From assembly GCA_964611895.1 (NCBI GenBank), contig CAZTDN010000004.1, positions 64,301 to 128,300 on the forward strand: a stretch of DNA of 64,000 bases. Reading direction: 5' to 3'. The notes under the pieces are model-generated. The model saw nothing but the letters and a program-made list of their open reading frames with translations. It ran no database searches and was not told the origin of the DNA. Below are positions 1-9,373 of the stretch, piece by piece (the stretch's first letter is position 1; each line of letters starts with the position of its first letter). The position numbers and the translations under genes are program-made. This DNA comes from an uncultured Pseudobdellovibrionaceae bacterium (GTDB lineage Bacteria; Bdellovibrionota; FAC87; UBA2466).

Positions 1-157
1 GGAGCACCATTTTCATGTGAAATGAAAACTCCAAAATCAGCATCAAAGAAACAAATCCCAAGGAAAAGACGACTACCCCAACACTTTCCACCCCCACAAA
101 GAACAGCTGTTCCGTGGTTTGATGAAAACGATTCCAAAAATACCTCCAACTATTCAT
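1..157 (-). CDS. MlaE/YrbE-family ABC permease, 5' fragment (gene continues past window start)
   Basis: Not in the ORF track because it runs off the window. The reverse complement of 157..1 reads MNSWRYFWNRFHQTTEQLFFVGVESVGVVVFSLGFVSLMLILEFSFHMKMVL with no stop. Its ATG (155-157) overlaps the TGA (154-156) of the upstream permease. The hydrophobic G/V/S/L pattern resembles the first TM region of MlaE-type permeases. Confidence 0.55.
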   Translation of the reverse strand, partial: MNSWRYFWNRFHQTTEQLFFVGVESVGVVVFSLGFVSLMLILEFSFHMKMVL

Positions 158-951
158 AAGAGTCCCAGTAAATAATTGGCTACTAAGATCGACACCAGGC
201 TTTGGACAGCCGTCCTGCGAACAGCCATACCAACCCCCGCAGAACCGCCCTGCGCATGGTACCCCTGGTAACAACAAACCACGGCGAGAATCGCACCAAA
301 ACAAAGACTTTTTCCCACCCCCACCATCACGCTCCAACCTGTAACGATACTCGGAATACCTCGAACAAAACTGATCCAATTGATTCCCAGTTGAATTGTC
401 GAGAGGATGATTCCGCCTGCAATGGCAGCGATCAACCCAATGATTAGCAACAAAAAGCTCGCCGCTAAAACCGCAAGCAAGCGTGGCACCACCAAATAAC
501 GAATGGGATCCACTCCCAGGCAACGGATCGCATTTATCTGATCCGTCACCTGCATCGTTCCCAGTTCCGCCGAAGTAAAGGCCCCCACCTTTCCAGCGAG
601 GATGAAAGCGATCAAAACGGGCCCCACATTGCGAATGGTCACTGAGGCTGAAAGCCCCCCCAAATAACTCTGAGCCCCAAAGTCTCGCAGCTGCAGGTCG
701 AGTTGAATGGCCATGATGGCGCCCACAAAAAATCCGGTCAAAACCGTCGTTAAAACCGAATGGACTCCGACCTTATAAATTTCATCCACCAAGGCGGCAC
801 GGCGCACTCCAAACTGAAAAAAAACGCGCAGCACTTGAATGCCGAAAAGGATTACGGCCCCAAATTGCGCAATAGGTTTTTGGAGTTTAAGGGTGCTGGC
901 CCCAACGGAGCTGACTAGGGAGTGAACGGCGCGCATGCGCCATTTTATCAC
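154..951 (-). CDS. MlaE/YrbE-family ABC transporter permease
   Basis: 265-aa multi-TM ORF with the typical MlaE core (GAQSYLGGLSASVTIRNVGPVLIAFILAGKVGAFTSAELGTMQVTDQINAIRCLGVDP). GTG start at 951; an in-frame ATG lies 15 nt downstream. Confidence 0.85.
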   Translation of the reverse strand: MIKWRMRAVHSLVSSVGASTLKLQKPIAQFGAVILFGIQVLRVFFQFGVRRAALVDEIYKVGVHSVLTTVLTGFFVGAIMAIQLDLQLRDFGAQSYLGGLSASVTIRNVGPVLIAFILAGKVGAFTSAELGTMQVTDQINAIRCLGVDPIRYLVVPRLLAVLAASFLLLIIGLIAAIAGGIILSTIQLGINWISFVRGIPSIVTGWSVMVGVGKSLCFGAILAVVCCYQGYHAQGGSAGVGMAVRRTAVQSLVSILVANYLLGLL

Positions 952-1040
952 GCTGTCATCTTAAGCACGGCCGAAAAAAGGGCTGCTAAAACCAGTAGGA
1001 CCATGGGATAGGCCCATTGCAATAATGCATTTCCATTCAT
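948..1040 (-). CDS. possible 30-aa single-TM micropeptide between ATPase and permease genes
   Basis: ATG at 1038-1040 gives MNGNALLQWAYPMVLLVLAALFSAVLKMTA. Its TGA overlaps the GTG start of the permease (GTGA). It fills an otherwise empty 186-nt gap inside the operon. No Shine-Dalgarno is visible. Confidence 0.25.
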   Translation of the reverse strand: MNGNALLQWAYPMVLLVLAALFSAVLKMTA

Positions 1041-1137
1041 GCACTTTGAACAAAGCAAAACGGATACCAAGGAGCGTGAGAAGCAAAAGCCTAGGCAATC
1101 GTTGCATCCCCCAACACCAGCTTGGGGCTCAGGGGCA

Positions 1138-1872
1138 TTAAGCGACACCCGACTCGATCAAGAACGCCTGGGTCAGTGGAACAGCGCTACCACGAATCTC
1201 GGCCGGGGTGCCGTGATCGAGAATCCTTCCACCTTCAATCAAGAGGATCCGGTCGGCTATGGCGAGAGCACCGGGCATGTCGTGAGACACGACAAGTGCA
1301 CCCGCATTTAAGGTTTTGCAGAGCCGCACGATGAGTTCTTGCACTCCCTGCGAGGCCACCGGGTCCAGACTCGTGGTCGGCTCATCAAATAGCAGATACT
1401 TTGGCTCCAAAACCACCGCCCGCGCCATGCTCACTCGCTTTTGATACCCATGACTCAGTTCGGAGGGCATTTTTCCCAAAATTTCTTCTGGCAATTGCAC
1501 TTGCCCCAGCGCTTTGCGCGCGCGCTCAGTGAGTAAATCGGCATCTGCATTGCCCATCGCCCGCAACCCGAAGAGGAGATTTTCTTCTACACTCAGCGAA
1601 TCCATCAAAGCAGGCTGCTGAAAAACAAGCGCACACTTGCGGCGTACTGCCATCCATTGGCGCTCATCAAAACGCGTAACTTCAACTCCATCGATCCAGA
1701 TTTCGCCCGAGTCTGGCTCGACCAGACCCACCAAGTGCCTCAAGGTGACAGATTTTCCGACCCCTGATTTACCAAGCAGAAAAACAATCTCTCCTGGATG
1801 TACCGTGAAACTGATCCCTCGCAATACTGCTTTGGCACCGAAGGATTTTTCGACATTTTTAAACTCGATCAT
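1138..1872 (-). CDS. MlaF-like ABC ATPase A (deviant signature motif)
   Basis: Walker A GKSGVGKS, Q-loop FQQPAL, Walker B LLFDEPT and H-loop VVSHD are present. The signature motif reads LSHGY instead of LSGGQ/M. Confidence 0.85.
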   Translation of the reverse strand: MIEFKNVEKSFGAKAVLRGISFTVHPGEIVFLLGKSGVGKSVTLRHLVGLVEPDSGEIWIDGVEVTRFDERQWMAVRRKCALVFQQPALMDSLSVEENLLFGLRAMGNADADLLTERARKALGQVQLPEEILGKMPSELSHGYQKRVSMARAVVLEPKYLLFDEPTTSLDPVASQGVQELIVRLCKTLNAGALVVSHDMPGALAIADRILLIEGGRILDHGTPAEIRGSAVPLTQAFLIESGVA

Positions 1873-2641
1873 TGGCCCCCACCTTGAAGGAGGTTGCTTG
1901 CATAAACTGTTTTACGGCGCTGTGGGAAGACTGTTGCAAAGATTCCATGGTCCCCACTTGTGCAAAAGCTCCCTCCCAAAGAAAACCGGCCGCATGCACC
2001 AAGCGGTTCATTTGGAGTAGCTCACTCGACACGAGCACTACAGTCATTTTGTAGGTGTCACGGAACTCGCCGATCAAATCAACCAAAGCTCTGGAGGTCA
2101 CCGGATCTAAACCCGCTGTGGGCTCATCATACAAAAGCACCTCGGGTGACAGGAGCAATGCACGCGCAATTCCCAAACGTTTTTGCATCCCACCGCTCAA
2201 TGAGTGAACCGGAAGGTCTTTAGCTTCTAGGAGCCCCACATCACTCAACGCCTGCTCTGTTTTTTTTATTCTCTGGCGGCGTGTGAGGGAGGTCTTTTCA
2301 CTCAGCACCAACTCCAAGTTCTCTGCGGTCGTAAGCCAATCAAAGAGCCCCCCTTTTTGAAACGTCATTCCGATCCGTCTTCGAAAATCCGCTTTTTCTC
2401 CAGAACTAAACTCAGCTATGTTTTTGCCGTAGAACAGCACGTGTCCCGCAATTAGATCGTGCAAGCCAGCAAGCACTTTCAGAAAGAGGGTCTTGCCGTG
2501 GCCGCCCTGCCCCAGGACCCCAAAAGTAGTTCCCGCTTCAATTTCCCAGTTCAGCCCGTGAAGCACGGGGTGCGCGCCAAAGCCAGCGGCCACCCCCTCC
2601 AGGGCAAATACCGGGTGGGATGCCTTTGATTTCGTTTGCAT
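1859..2641 (-). CDS. MlaF-like ABC ATPase B (H-loop His replaced)
   Basis: Walker A GQGGHGKT, signature LSGGMQKR and Walker B LLYDEPT are present. The H-loop position reads VLVSSE (no His). It overlaps the downstream ATPase gene by 14 nt. Confidence 0.85.
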   Translation of the reverse strand: MQTKSKASHPVFALEGVAAGFGAHPVLHGLNWEIEAGTTFGVLGQGGHGKTLFLKVLAGLHDLIAGHVLFYGKNIAEFSSGEKADFRRRIGMTFQKGGLFDWLTTAENLELVLSEKTSLTRRQRIKKTEQALSDVGLLEAKDLPVHSLSGGMQKRLGIARALLLSPEVLLYDEPTAGLDPVTSRALVDLIGEFRDTYKMTVVLVSSELLQMNRLVHAAGFLWEGAFAQVGTMESLQQSSHSAVKQFMQATSFKVGANDRV

Positions 2642-2746
2642 TTTGCCATTTTAGCATACCGCCAAAGCAGCTAACCCCTGAAATTTTGAGCATTATTTCG
2701 AAACATTGCCACTTTTCAGCTGGGTGGTGCTAAACACTTTACCCTC

Positions 2747-5700
2747 ATGCAGAACCTCGAAAAATCGAAACCGACTTCGATGTCCATGGCATGGTTTCCC
2801 TGGGAATCTTTGGTCGAGTCTTTACCCGACGCCCTCATCCTGCTCGACCTCAACGGGAGAGTTCTTCGTTGGAACCCCGCTGCGGAAGCCTTGTTTGGCT
2901 ATTCTGCTCAACACACTCTGGGGAAGCGTTTTCAGGAATTTGCTCTCCCCCACGTGGATCCACTCGCCGCGGCGGAATTCCAGAACGTAGTTCGGACCGA
3001 AACGACCCGCAACTACCAAACCACACGACACCGCAAAGACGGGACGCCGATTTATATCAATGTGCGCCTCATCCCGTGGAAAGACGACACCGGTGCGATG
3101 GCTGGCGTGGTTAAGCTGGTTCGCGACAATACCGAACATCAAATGCTTCAAACTCTTGTGCCGAGCGAGCTAGGGAGAACACAACCAGGCGCCTGGAGCT
3201 ACACCCCCTCGGCGGGTAAAGTTTGGTGGGGAGAACAAACCTACCGCATTCACGAGCTCCCGGTAGGAACGGAGATTACGCTCGACTATGCCTTGAGTTT
3301 CTATGTTCCGGAGCATCGGGAGTTGATGCGCGAATGCCTGCAACGAGCCATCTCCGATCGCACGCCCTATGAAATAGAACTGCGCGTGGTTACGGCGAGT
3401 GGAAAAGAAACCTGGTTTCGAGTGCACGGACGCCCGCATTTCATAGACAATGTTCTGACACATGTGAGCGGCACCGTGCAGGACATTAACGAGCAACACC
3501 AGTCGCAAGATGCGCTTCAAGAAAGTGAAGTCCTGTTCCGGTCCCTATCGGATAACGTTCCCGCCTTTATTTGGATTGCGGATTCCGAAGGTAAAATGAT
3601 CTATTCCAACCGGCGCTGGATGGACCTCATTGGACCTAGCACTCTTTTTACTAACCCCTCCGTTTGGAGAGAGTCGATACATCCGGACGACTGGTACGCT
3701 GCCGAACAAACTCTGACCCAAGCTTTTGAGCAGCGCCACGCCTATGAGCGCACTTTCCGAATGCGTCGCAAAGACGGCACCTACCGCTGGCTTCTGGAAC
3801 GAGGGGCTCCACGCATTGGGCGAAATGGGGCCTTTGTTGGGTTTCTCTCCTGTGGAACCGACATTACCGAGGAAAGAGAACTTCAGGAAAAACTCGCAGC
3901 AAGTGAACTCCAGCTCAGGTCCACCATGGAACACGCACCCGTGGGACTCTTTTTGTCAGATGGCGAAGCCAATATCAGCTACGCAAACAAACAGTTCGAA
4001 GCCATTACCGGCAGCAAACTAGAGCGCTGCCAAAACAAGGGCTGGGTGCAATTGCTCAGCGCCGCCGATAGAAAGCGTTTTGCAGAAAAGTGGCGTCAGT
4101 TTGTGAATGACGAAATACCCTTAGACGTCGAGTATTCGTTCTCGCTTCATGGAGAGCAGAAGTGGTTCCGCCTCACTGCTGTCGTCCTGGAAAAATCCGC
4201 TCAGAGCGCGAAGTACTTGGGAGTGATGCAGGATATTAGTCAGCTCAAACTCACCGAAAATCGCCTTGTACAAGAGAGATCCTATCTTGCAGGAATCGTG
4301 AGCGCGAACCCCGACTTGGTACTACTGATGTCCCGTGAGGGCGAGTACCTTGATTGCTTTATCGATCCGGGCAACGACCTTCTGTTGGATAGAGAGTCGA
4401 TCATCGGGAAAAATCTCCGCGAGCTACTCACCCCCGAAATGACCGAGCAGAACTTGCATGCCATTCAGGAGTCCATCCGAACGGGAAAAACCCAGACTTT
4501 TGAATATGAGCTCAAGGTCCGAGATGAGTTGCGCTATTACGAAGGACGGGTATCGCGGGTATCTGAAGACAAAGCGATTTTTTCCATCAGAAACATCAAG
4601 GCCCGAAAAGAAGCAGAGCTCGAACTGGTCAAAGCCAAAGAGGAGGCGCAAAAAGCATCTGCAGCCAAATCTCTCTTCCTCGCTCGGATGAGCCATGAAC
4701 TACGCACTCCGCTGAACGGAATTGTGGGCATGACAGGGTTATTGCTCGACAGCAAACTCAGCGAAGATCAACAGGAGTCCGTGCAGACAATCCGGCACTG
4801 CAGCGAAGCGCTTTTGGCACTGGTGAACGATATCTTAGACCTGTCCAAGATCGAGGCCGGAAAACTGGATCTTGAACCACACCCGTTCGAATTAACGCCT
4901 CTGATTCGATCTTCCATCGACATGGTGATTGGTTCCGCCATCGAGAAGTCACTGCCCATAGAGGAGAAGCTCGATCCCCGCCTCCCCGTTTGGGTCACAG
5001 GAGACTCTGCCAAGATCCGTCAAATCCTCGTCAACCTATTGGGAAATGCGGTCAAGTTCACTTCCGAGGGGTCTGTTCGCTTGGAGGTCTGCCTTCAAAT
5101 GGACGCCGCCCTACCCTCCGGCTTGCATAAGATTTTATTCCGTATTGAAGACACTGGGATTGGTATCGAACCCGAACGCCAAACACAGCTTTTTTCCCCG
5201 TTTCAACAGGCTGACGCTTCGATCAATCGGCGTTACGGTGGTACTGGCCTCGGTTTAGCGATTACCAAATCGCTGGTCGAAAAAATGGGTGGAGAAATCC
5301 GTCTTTCCAGTACTCCCAATAAGGGGACCTGTGTCGAGTTTTCTATAGTCGTACAGGAGCAGAAGGAGCTCAAAGGGACCACCACGGCCACCACGGCCGC
5401 AGCGAAGCTAGGCCCACCGTTGCCCTTGCGAATTCTTGTGGCCGAGGACAATCCCATTAACCAAAAATTCGCCATCCGACTGCTGTCCAAGCTCGGATAC
5501 CGCGCCGATCTGGCTTCGGATGGCAGCGAAGCGATTGAAGCTGCGCTCTCGCGCCCCTACGATCTGATATTCATGGATCTGCAAATGCCCGAGACAGATG
5601 GTTTGTTGGCCACCCGCCAAATCCGGGCCCGACTGGCCGTAGAAAAACAACCTCGCATTATCGCCATGACAGCCGCAGCCATCAAAGGAGACCGAGAACG

Positions 5701-5854
5701 AGCACTGGAATGCGGCATGGACGATTACCTTTGCAAGCCGGTGAAAGTAGAGGAGCTGGTTCGGGTTTTAAACGAAACTCGGCCCAATACCCGCACCCAA
5801 ACAACTCCCTATTGGCAGCAGGCCACAAAACCAGGTAGTACAGGGCCTGCTTGA
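2747..5854 (+). CDS. cytoplasmic multi-PAS hybrid sensor histidine kinase with C-terminal receiver
   Basis: 1035 aa with no TM segment visible. Several PAS/PAC-like repeats (e.g. WNPAAEALFGYS, YRWLLERGAPR). H-box MSHELRTPLNGI, N/G boxes NLLGNAVKFT, DTGIGI, GGTGLGLAI. REC domain ILVAEDNPINQ...DLIFMDLQMPETDG...K. Confidence 0.9.
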   Translation: MQNLEKSKPTSMSMAWFPWESLVESLPDALILLDLNGRVLRWNPAAEALFGYSAQHTLGKRFQEFALPHVDPLAAAEFQNVVRTETTRNYQTTRHRKDGTPIYINVRLIPWKDDTGAMAGVVKLVRDNTEHQMLQTLVPSELGRTQPGAWSYTPSAGKVWWGEQTYRIHELPVGTEITLDYALSFYVPEHRELMRECLQRAISDRTPYEIELRVVTASGKETWFRVHGRPHFIDNVLTHVSGTVQDINEQHQSQDALQESEVLFRSLSDNVPAFIWIADSEGKMIYSNRRWMDLIGPSTLFTNPSVWRESIHPDDWYAAEQTLTQAFEQRHAYERTFRMRRKDGTYRWLLERGAPRIGRNGAFVGFLSCGTDITEERELQEKLAASELQLRSTMEHAPVGLFLSDGEANISYANKQFEAITGSKLERCQNKGWVQLLSAADRKRFAEKWRQFVNDEIPLDVEYSFSLHGEQKWFRLTAVVLEKSAQSAKYLGVMQDISQLKLTENRLVQERSYLAGIVSANPDLVLLMSREGEYLDCFIDPGNDLLLDRESIIGKNLRELLTPEMTEQNLHAIQESIRTGKTQTFEYELKVRDELRYYEGRVSRVSEDKAIFSIRNIKARKEAELELVKAKEEAQKASAAKSLFLARMSHELRTPLNGIVGMTGLLLDSKLSEDQQESVQTIRHCSEALLALVNDILDLSKIEAGKLDLEPHPFELTPLIRSSIDMVIGSAIEKSLPIEEKLDPRLPVWVTGDSAKIRQILVNLLGNAVKFTSEGSVRLEVCLQMDAALPSGLHKILFRIEDTGIGIEPERQTQLFSPFQQADASINRRYGGTGLGLAITKSLVEKMGGEIRLSSTPNKGTCVEFSIVVQEQKELKGTTTATTAAAKLGPPLPLRILVAEDNPINQKFAIRLLSKLGYRADLASDGSEAIEAALSRPYDLIFMDLQMPETDGLLATRQIRARLAVEKQPRIIAMTAAAIKGDRERALECGMDDYLCKPVKVEELVRVLNETRPNTRTQTTPYWQQATKPGSTGPA

Positions 5855-5861
5855 GGGGCGG

Positions 5862-6839
5862 ATGTTTTTCTTTTTACTTTTTTTCTCACAGGTCCACGCC
5901 GCAGAACTGGATATTGGCGCTCTTAATCGAGTGTTTAACCAAGTCGCTGCGGAGGTAATTGCGGCGGAACAGGTCCAGGATGCTCAGGGCAGAGACCTGA
6001 TTGGTCCTTTAATAGTTGAAATAGACGAAAAAAACACCGACCTCGACAAGGGAAACATTCGCATCGAAGCCACTGTTTCGGCTCGCAACGTGCTCTGGGC
6101 CCAGAACACTTCGAGTCGCCTATCCGCACGCCTCATCACACAGATCCAGGAAGGGGCCCCTGGGGCGGAAGAACTGCACTTAGAGGCTTCGGCTACCTTG
6201 GAAACCGATGTCTTGGCGCTGCTTCGGCATGCGATCCGTGAAGCAAATAAGATCGAGGATCCCTGCTCCGAAAAGACTCTCGCAAGTGAACTCAGAAAAG
6301 ACGAACAGGCTTTTATGCGCGATGCTTGCGTGGACTACCGCAAGCTCGACTCGGCCCCGTCCATTGGGGATTTTTTTGATTCGCTTGCTGCGATAGTAGA
6401 AAAACGAAAAACACACGTCTTGAATCAGCTCCAGTCCATATCTTCGCAAAAAGTCACGGGGGAAGTGACACCTTTAGTGAATCTGCAAAACGAAATGGTC
6501 TACATAGAGACACTCTGTGCCGCGTTTGCTGCAAGGAAAGACAGGGCGGTGTTTAGGCTCTCTACCGAAGAAGGCATCGATATTTTTGGGGGGACCAAAG
6601 CCTCCAAAGCGCAACTAGTGATCGATGCGCATCGGATTGAAGTCGAACTGCACTTGGTTTCCCCTGAAGGGGCGGCGCTCTACCAGAGCACGGTACAGGA
6701 TGTACAACGGGCCGCTAGCCTACTCATTGAAGACGCGTCGGACCCGGCCCGTGCGGAAATTACAGCCCACCTCAAGGCCCATTTGCGCGACCTTGTGCGG
6801 ACTGCCAAATCGATTTTGATTCCCCAGTCCGCGCCTTGA
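5862..6839 (+). CDS. hypothetical secreted protein
   Basis: 325 aa. N-terminal signal peptide MFFFLLFFSQVHA/AE. Starts 8 nt after the kinase stop. No recognisable domain. Confidence 0.6.
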   Translation: MFFFLLFFSQVHAAELDIGALNRVFNQVAAEVIAAEQVQDAQGRDLIGPLIVEIDEKNTDLDKGNIRIEATVSARNVLWAQNTSSRLSARLITQIQEGAPGAEELHLEASATLETDVLALLRHAIREANKIEDPCSEKTLASELRKDEQAFMRDACVDYRKLDSAPSIGDFFDSLAAIVEKRKTHVLNQLQSISSQKVTGEVTPLVNLQNEMVYIETLCAAFAARKDRAVFRLSTEEGIDIFGGTKASKAQLVIDAHRIEVELHLVSPEGAALYQSTVQDVQRAASLLIEDASDPARAEITAHLKAHLRDLVRTAKSILIPQSAP

Positions 6840-6889
6840 CGGAAACAGCGATTTTTCTTTATGGTGTGGGCCACTAACGAGGGTTTTAT

Positions 6890-7879
6890 ATGCTCCAGTT
6901 CGCTTGGCTTACTGCGCTCCTAAGTTTCTCACTCCATGCCGCGGCGCCCCGCATAGGATTGGTTCTGGACAAGGGGGGCAGAGATGACAAGTCCTTCAAC
7001 GCGGCTGCCTACCAAGGCGCCAAAGAAGCCGAGAAAAAACTTGGCCTCAGCGTTAAAGTCGTTGAAGTCTCGGACGACATCGCAATCGAACCGTCCATCC
7101 GCACCTTCGCCAAGAAGGGCTTCGACCTGATCATTGCTATTGGATTTGTCATGGGGGCGAGCGTGGAGAAAGTCGCCAAGGACTTCCCCAACATTAAATT
7201 TGCTGTGGTCGATTCCACCGTGAACTTGCCCAATGTGCAGTCGATAAATTTTCAAGAGCACGAGGGGAGCTACCTAGTGGGCGCCATTGCGGCACTGACC
7301 TCAAAGAGCAAGACGGTAGGTTTCATAGGGGGCATGGATATCCCACTAATTCGCCGTTTCGAACTCGCCTACAAACAGGGTGCGCAGGACACTGTCCCCG
7401 GCACCAAAGTGCTATCCAATTTTGTTGGAACCTCCTCGGATTCCTGGAAAAACCCGACCAAAGCCAAAGAGCTTGCGCTGAGCCAGTTTCAAAACAAAGC
7501 AGATGTGGTTTTTCATGCCGCCGGATCTTCTGGTGCAGGGCTATTTGATGCAGCCGAAGAAAAAGGCAAACTCGCTATCGGAGTCGACTCCAATCAAAAC
7601 TGGGTCAAACCAGGGCATGTACTCACCAGCATGGTAAAGCGCGTCGATCGTGGCGTTTTTGAAGTCATCGAACAAGTAAAAAACGGCAGCTTTGTGCCGG
7701 GCAATAAAGTGCTCGGGATTGCAGAAGGAGGGGTAGACTACGCCCTCGATGAGTTTAACAAAAAACTCCTCCCTGCGGATTTGCTCAAAAAAGTGGACGC
7801 CATCAAAAATAAAATCGCCACCAAAGCTTTGGCCGTACCCGATTATTACAAAGTCGGGAAGACTGCGTCGAAGTCCTAA
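6890..7879 (+). CDS. BMP-family (PnrA/Med-like) ABC substrate-binding protein, probably nucleoside
   Basis: Signal peptide followed by IGLVLDKGGRDDKSFNAAAYQGAKEA, typical of the basic-membrane-protein family. Followed by the matching ATPase and two permeases. Confidence 0.8.
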   Translation: MLQFAWLTALLSFSLHAAAPRIGLVLDKGGRDDKSFNAAAYQGAKEAEKKLGLSVKVVEVSDDIAIEPSIRTFAKKGFDLIIAIGFVMGASVEKVAKDFPNIKFAVVDSTVNLPNVQSINFQEHEGSYLVGAIAALTSKSKTVGFIGGMDIPLIRRFELAYKQGAQDTVPGTKVLSNFVGTSSDSWKNPTKAKELALSQFQNKADVVFHAAGSSGAGLFDAAEEKGKLAIGVDSNQNWVKPGHVLTSMVKRVDRGVFEVIEQVKNGSFVPGNKVLGIAEGGVDYALDEFNKKLLPADLLKKVDAIKNKIATKALAVPDYYKVGKTASKS

Positions 7880-9373
7880 ATGCCCGCAGCCGCCTTTTCT
7901 TTCGCCCATATCACCAAGACCTTCGGTAAGGTGCGCGCCAACGAGGACGTGAGCTTTGAAGTAGAAGCCAGCACGGTTCATGGCGTCGTGGGAGAAAATG
8001 GTGCGGGTAAGTCGACCATCATGAAAACGCTCTACGGGATGTATTTGCCCGACTCGGGCGTGATCACCCTTCGAGGGCAACCGGCCAAGATCCTCTCCCC
8101 CCAACATGCAATCCGTTTGGGCATCGGCATGGTCCACCAACACTTCATGCTCATCCCCACCTTACGCGTTTGGGAGAATACCATTTTAGGTGCGGAGCCA
8201 AATGCGTGGCGACCCAATCGCAAGACCGCGCTAGTACGCCTTCAGTCTTTGCAGGAGGAATTTGGTTTCCATCTCGATCTGAATGCGCGGGTGAGCGATC
8301 TTCCCGTGGGTTTGCAGCAGCAAGTAGAGATCCTAAAACTTCTCTATCGACAAGCAGACATCCTCATTTTTGATGAGCCCACAGCCGTGCTCACGCCGCA
8401 AGAAGTAGGGGTCTTGCTCGAACGGCTGCACACTTTGAGAGACCAGGGCAAAACGATTATTTTCATTAGCCACAAGCTGCGTGAAATTCTGCATATCACT
8501 CAGCGGGTCACAGTCATGCGTCAGGGAAAAGTCGTAGAAACCTGCGCCACTTCGGACTTGAGCGAGGAATCCCTCGCCGAAAAAATGATTGGGCGAAAAA
8601 TGCGCCACCTGCCCACGCGCAAGCAAATTCCGATCTCAGCGCCCCTCGTCCAAGCAAAGGATCTTGCTCTGGGCGGCATTTTGAACGGTGTCGACTTAGA
8701 GCTACGGGGAGGAGAAATTGTCGGAATAGCCGGTGTTGAGGGAAATGGGCAACAGGAACTGGTAGAAATTCTAGCCCGAGCGCGTGACGATTACGAAGGT
8801 GAGCTTCTCTGGCAAGGCGCCTCCTATGGTGCGCTCTCGCCGTACGCTCATAAACAACAAGGCCTGAGTGTCGTCCCCCCAGACCGACACCAGCAAGCCG
8901 TTTTATTAGACTCCAGCCTGGCTGAGAATCGCATCCTCGGCCACCACCGAGAACCAGATTTTTGCCAGCGAAGCAGATTAAAGTGGGGGCAAATACTCAA
9001 ACATACCCAAGATACCATCGCCGCCTTTGATGTGCGGCCTCCGGACCCACACTCGCGCATGCGCAGCCTCTCCGGTGGAAATCAACAAAAATTTGTTGTC
9101 GGAAGGGAGTTAGCACAGAAGGTAAAGCTTCTCATCGCCGCCCATCCCACTCGGGGTGTAGATATCGGTGCCATTGAACGCATCCATACCGAGATTTTGC
9201 GCTTGAGAGATGGTGGCGCCGCGGTGCTTTTGGTTTCCTCGGAGCTCGAAGAGGTGCTCGCACTTTCGGATCGCATCCTGGTGATGTACGGCGGAAAAAT
9301 TCAAGGCGAGTGCACTCGCGCTACGGCAAATGAAACCCAGTTGGGCCTGTGGATGACGGGCGGGGGAAAATGA
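7880..9373 (+). CDS. ABC transporter ATP-binding protein, tandem NBD (sugar/nucleoside importer type)
   Basis: 497 aa with two NBDs: GENGAGKST ... FDEPTAVL, and LSGGNQQK ... a second half with a degenerate Walker A, as usual for this family. Start abuts the SBP stop. Confidence 0.9.
   Translation: MPAAAFSFAHITKTFGKVRANEDVSFEVEASTVHGVVGENGAGKSTIMKTLYGMYLPDSGVITLRGQPAKILSPQHAIRLGIGMVHQHFMLIPTLRVWENTILGAEPNAWRPNRKTALVRLQSLQEEFGFHLDLNARVSDLPVGLQQQVEILKLLYRQADILIFDEPTAVLTPQEVGVLLERLHTLRDQGKTIIFISHKLREILHITQRVTVMRQGKVVETCATSDLSEESLAEKMIGRKMRHLPTRKQIPISAPLVQAKDLALGGILNGVDLELRGGEIVGIAGVEGNGQQELVEILARARDDYEGELLWQGASYGALSPYAHKQQGLSVVPPDRHQQAVLLDSSLAENRILGHHREPDFCQRSRLKWGQILKHTQDTIAAFDVRPPDPHSRMRSLSGGNQQKFVVGRELAQKVKLLIAAHPTRGVDIGAIERIHTEILRLRDGGAAVLLVSSELEEVLALSDRILVMYGGKIQGECTRATANETQLGLWMTGGGK

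Noticed and set aside
7541-8143. 200-aa minus-strand ORF across the SBP/ATPase junction.
   Set aside because: It lies antisense to two strongly supported ABC genes and has no motifs.
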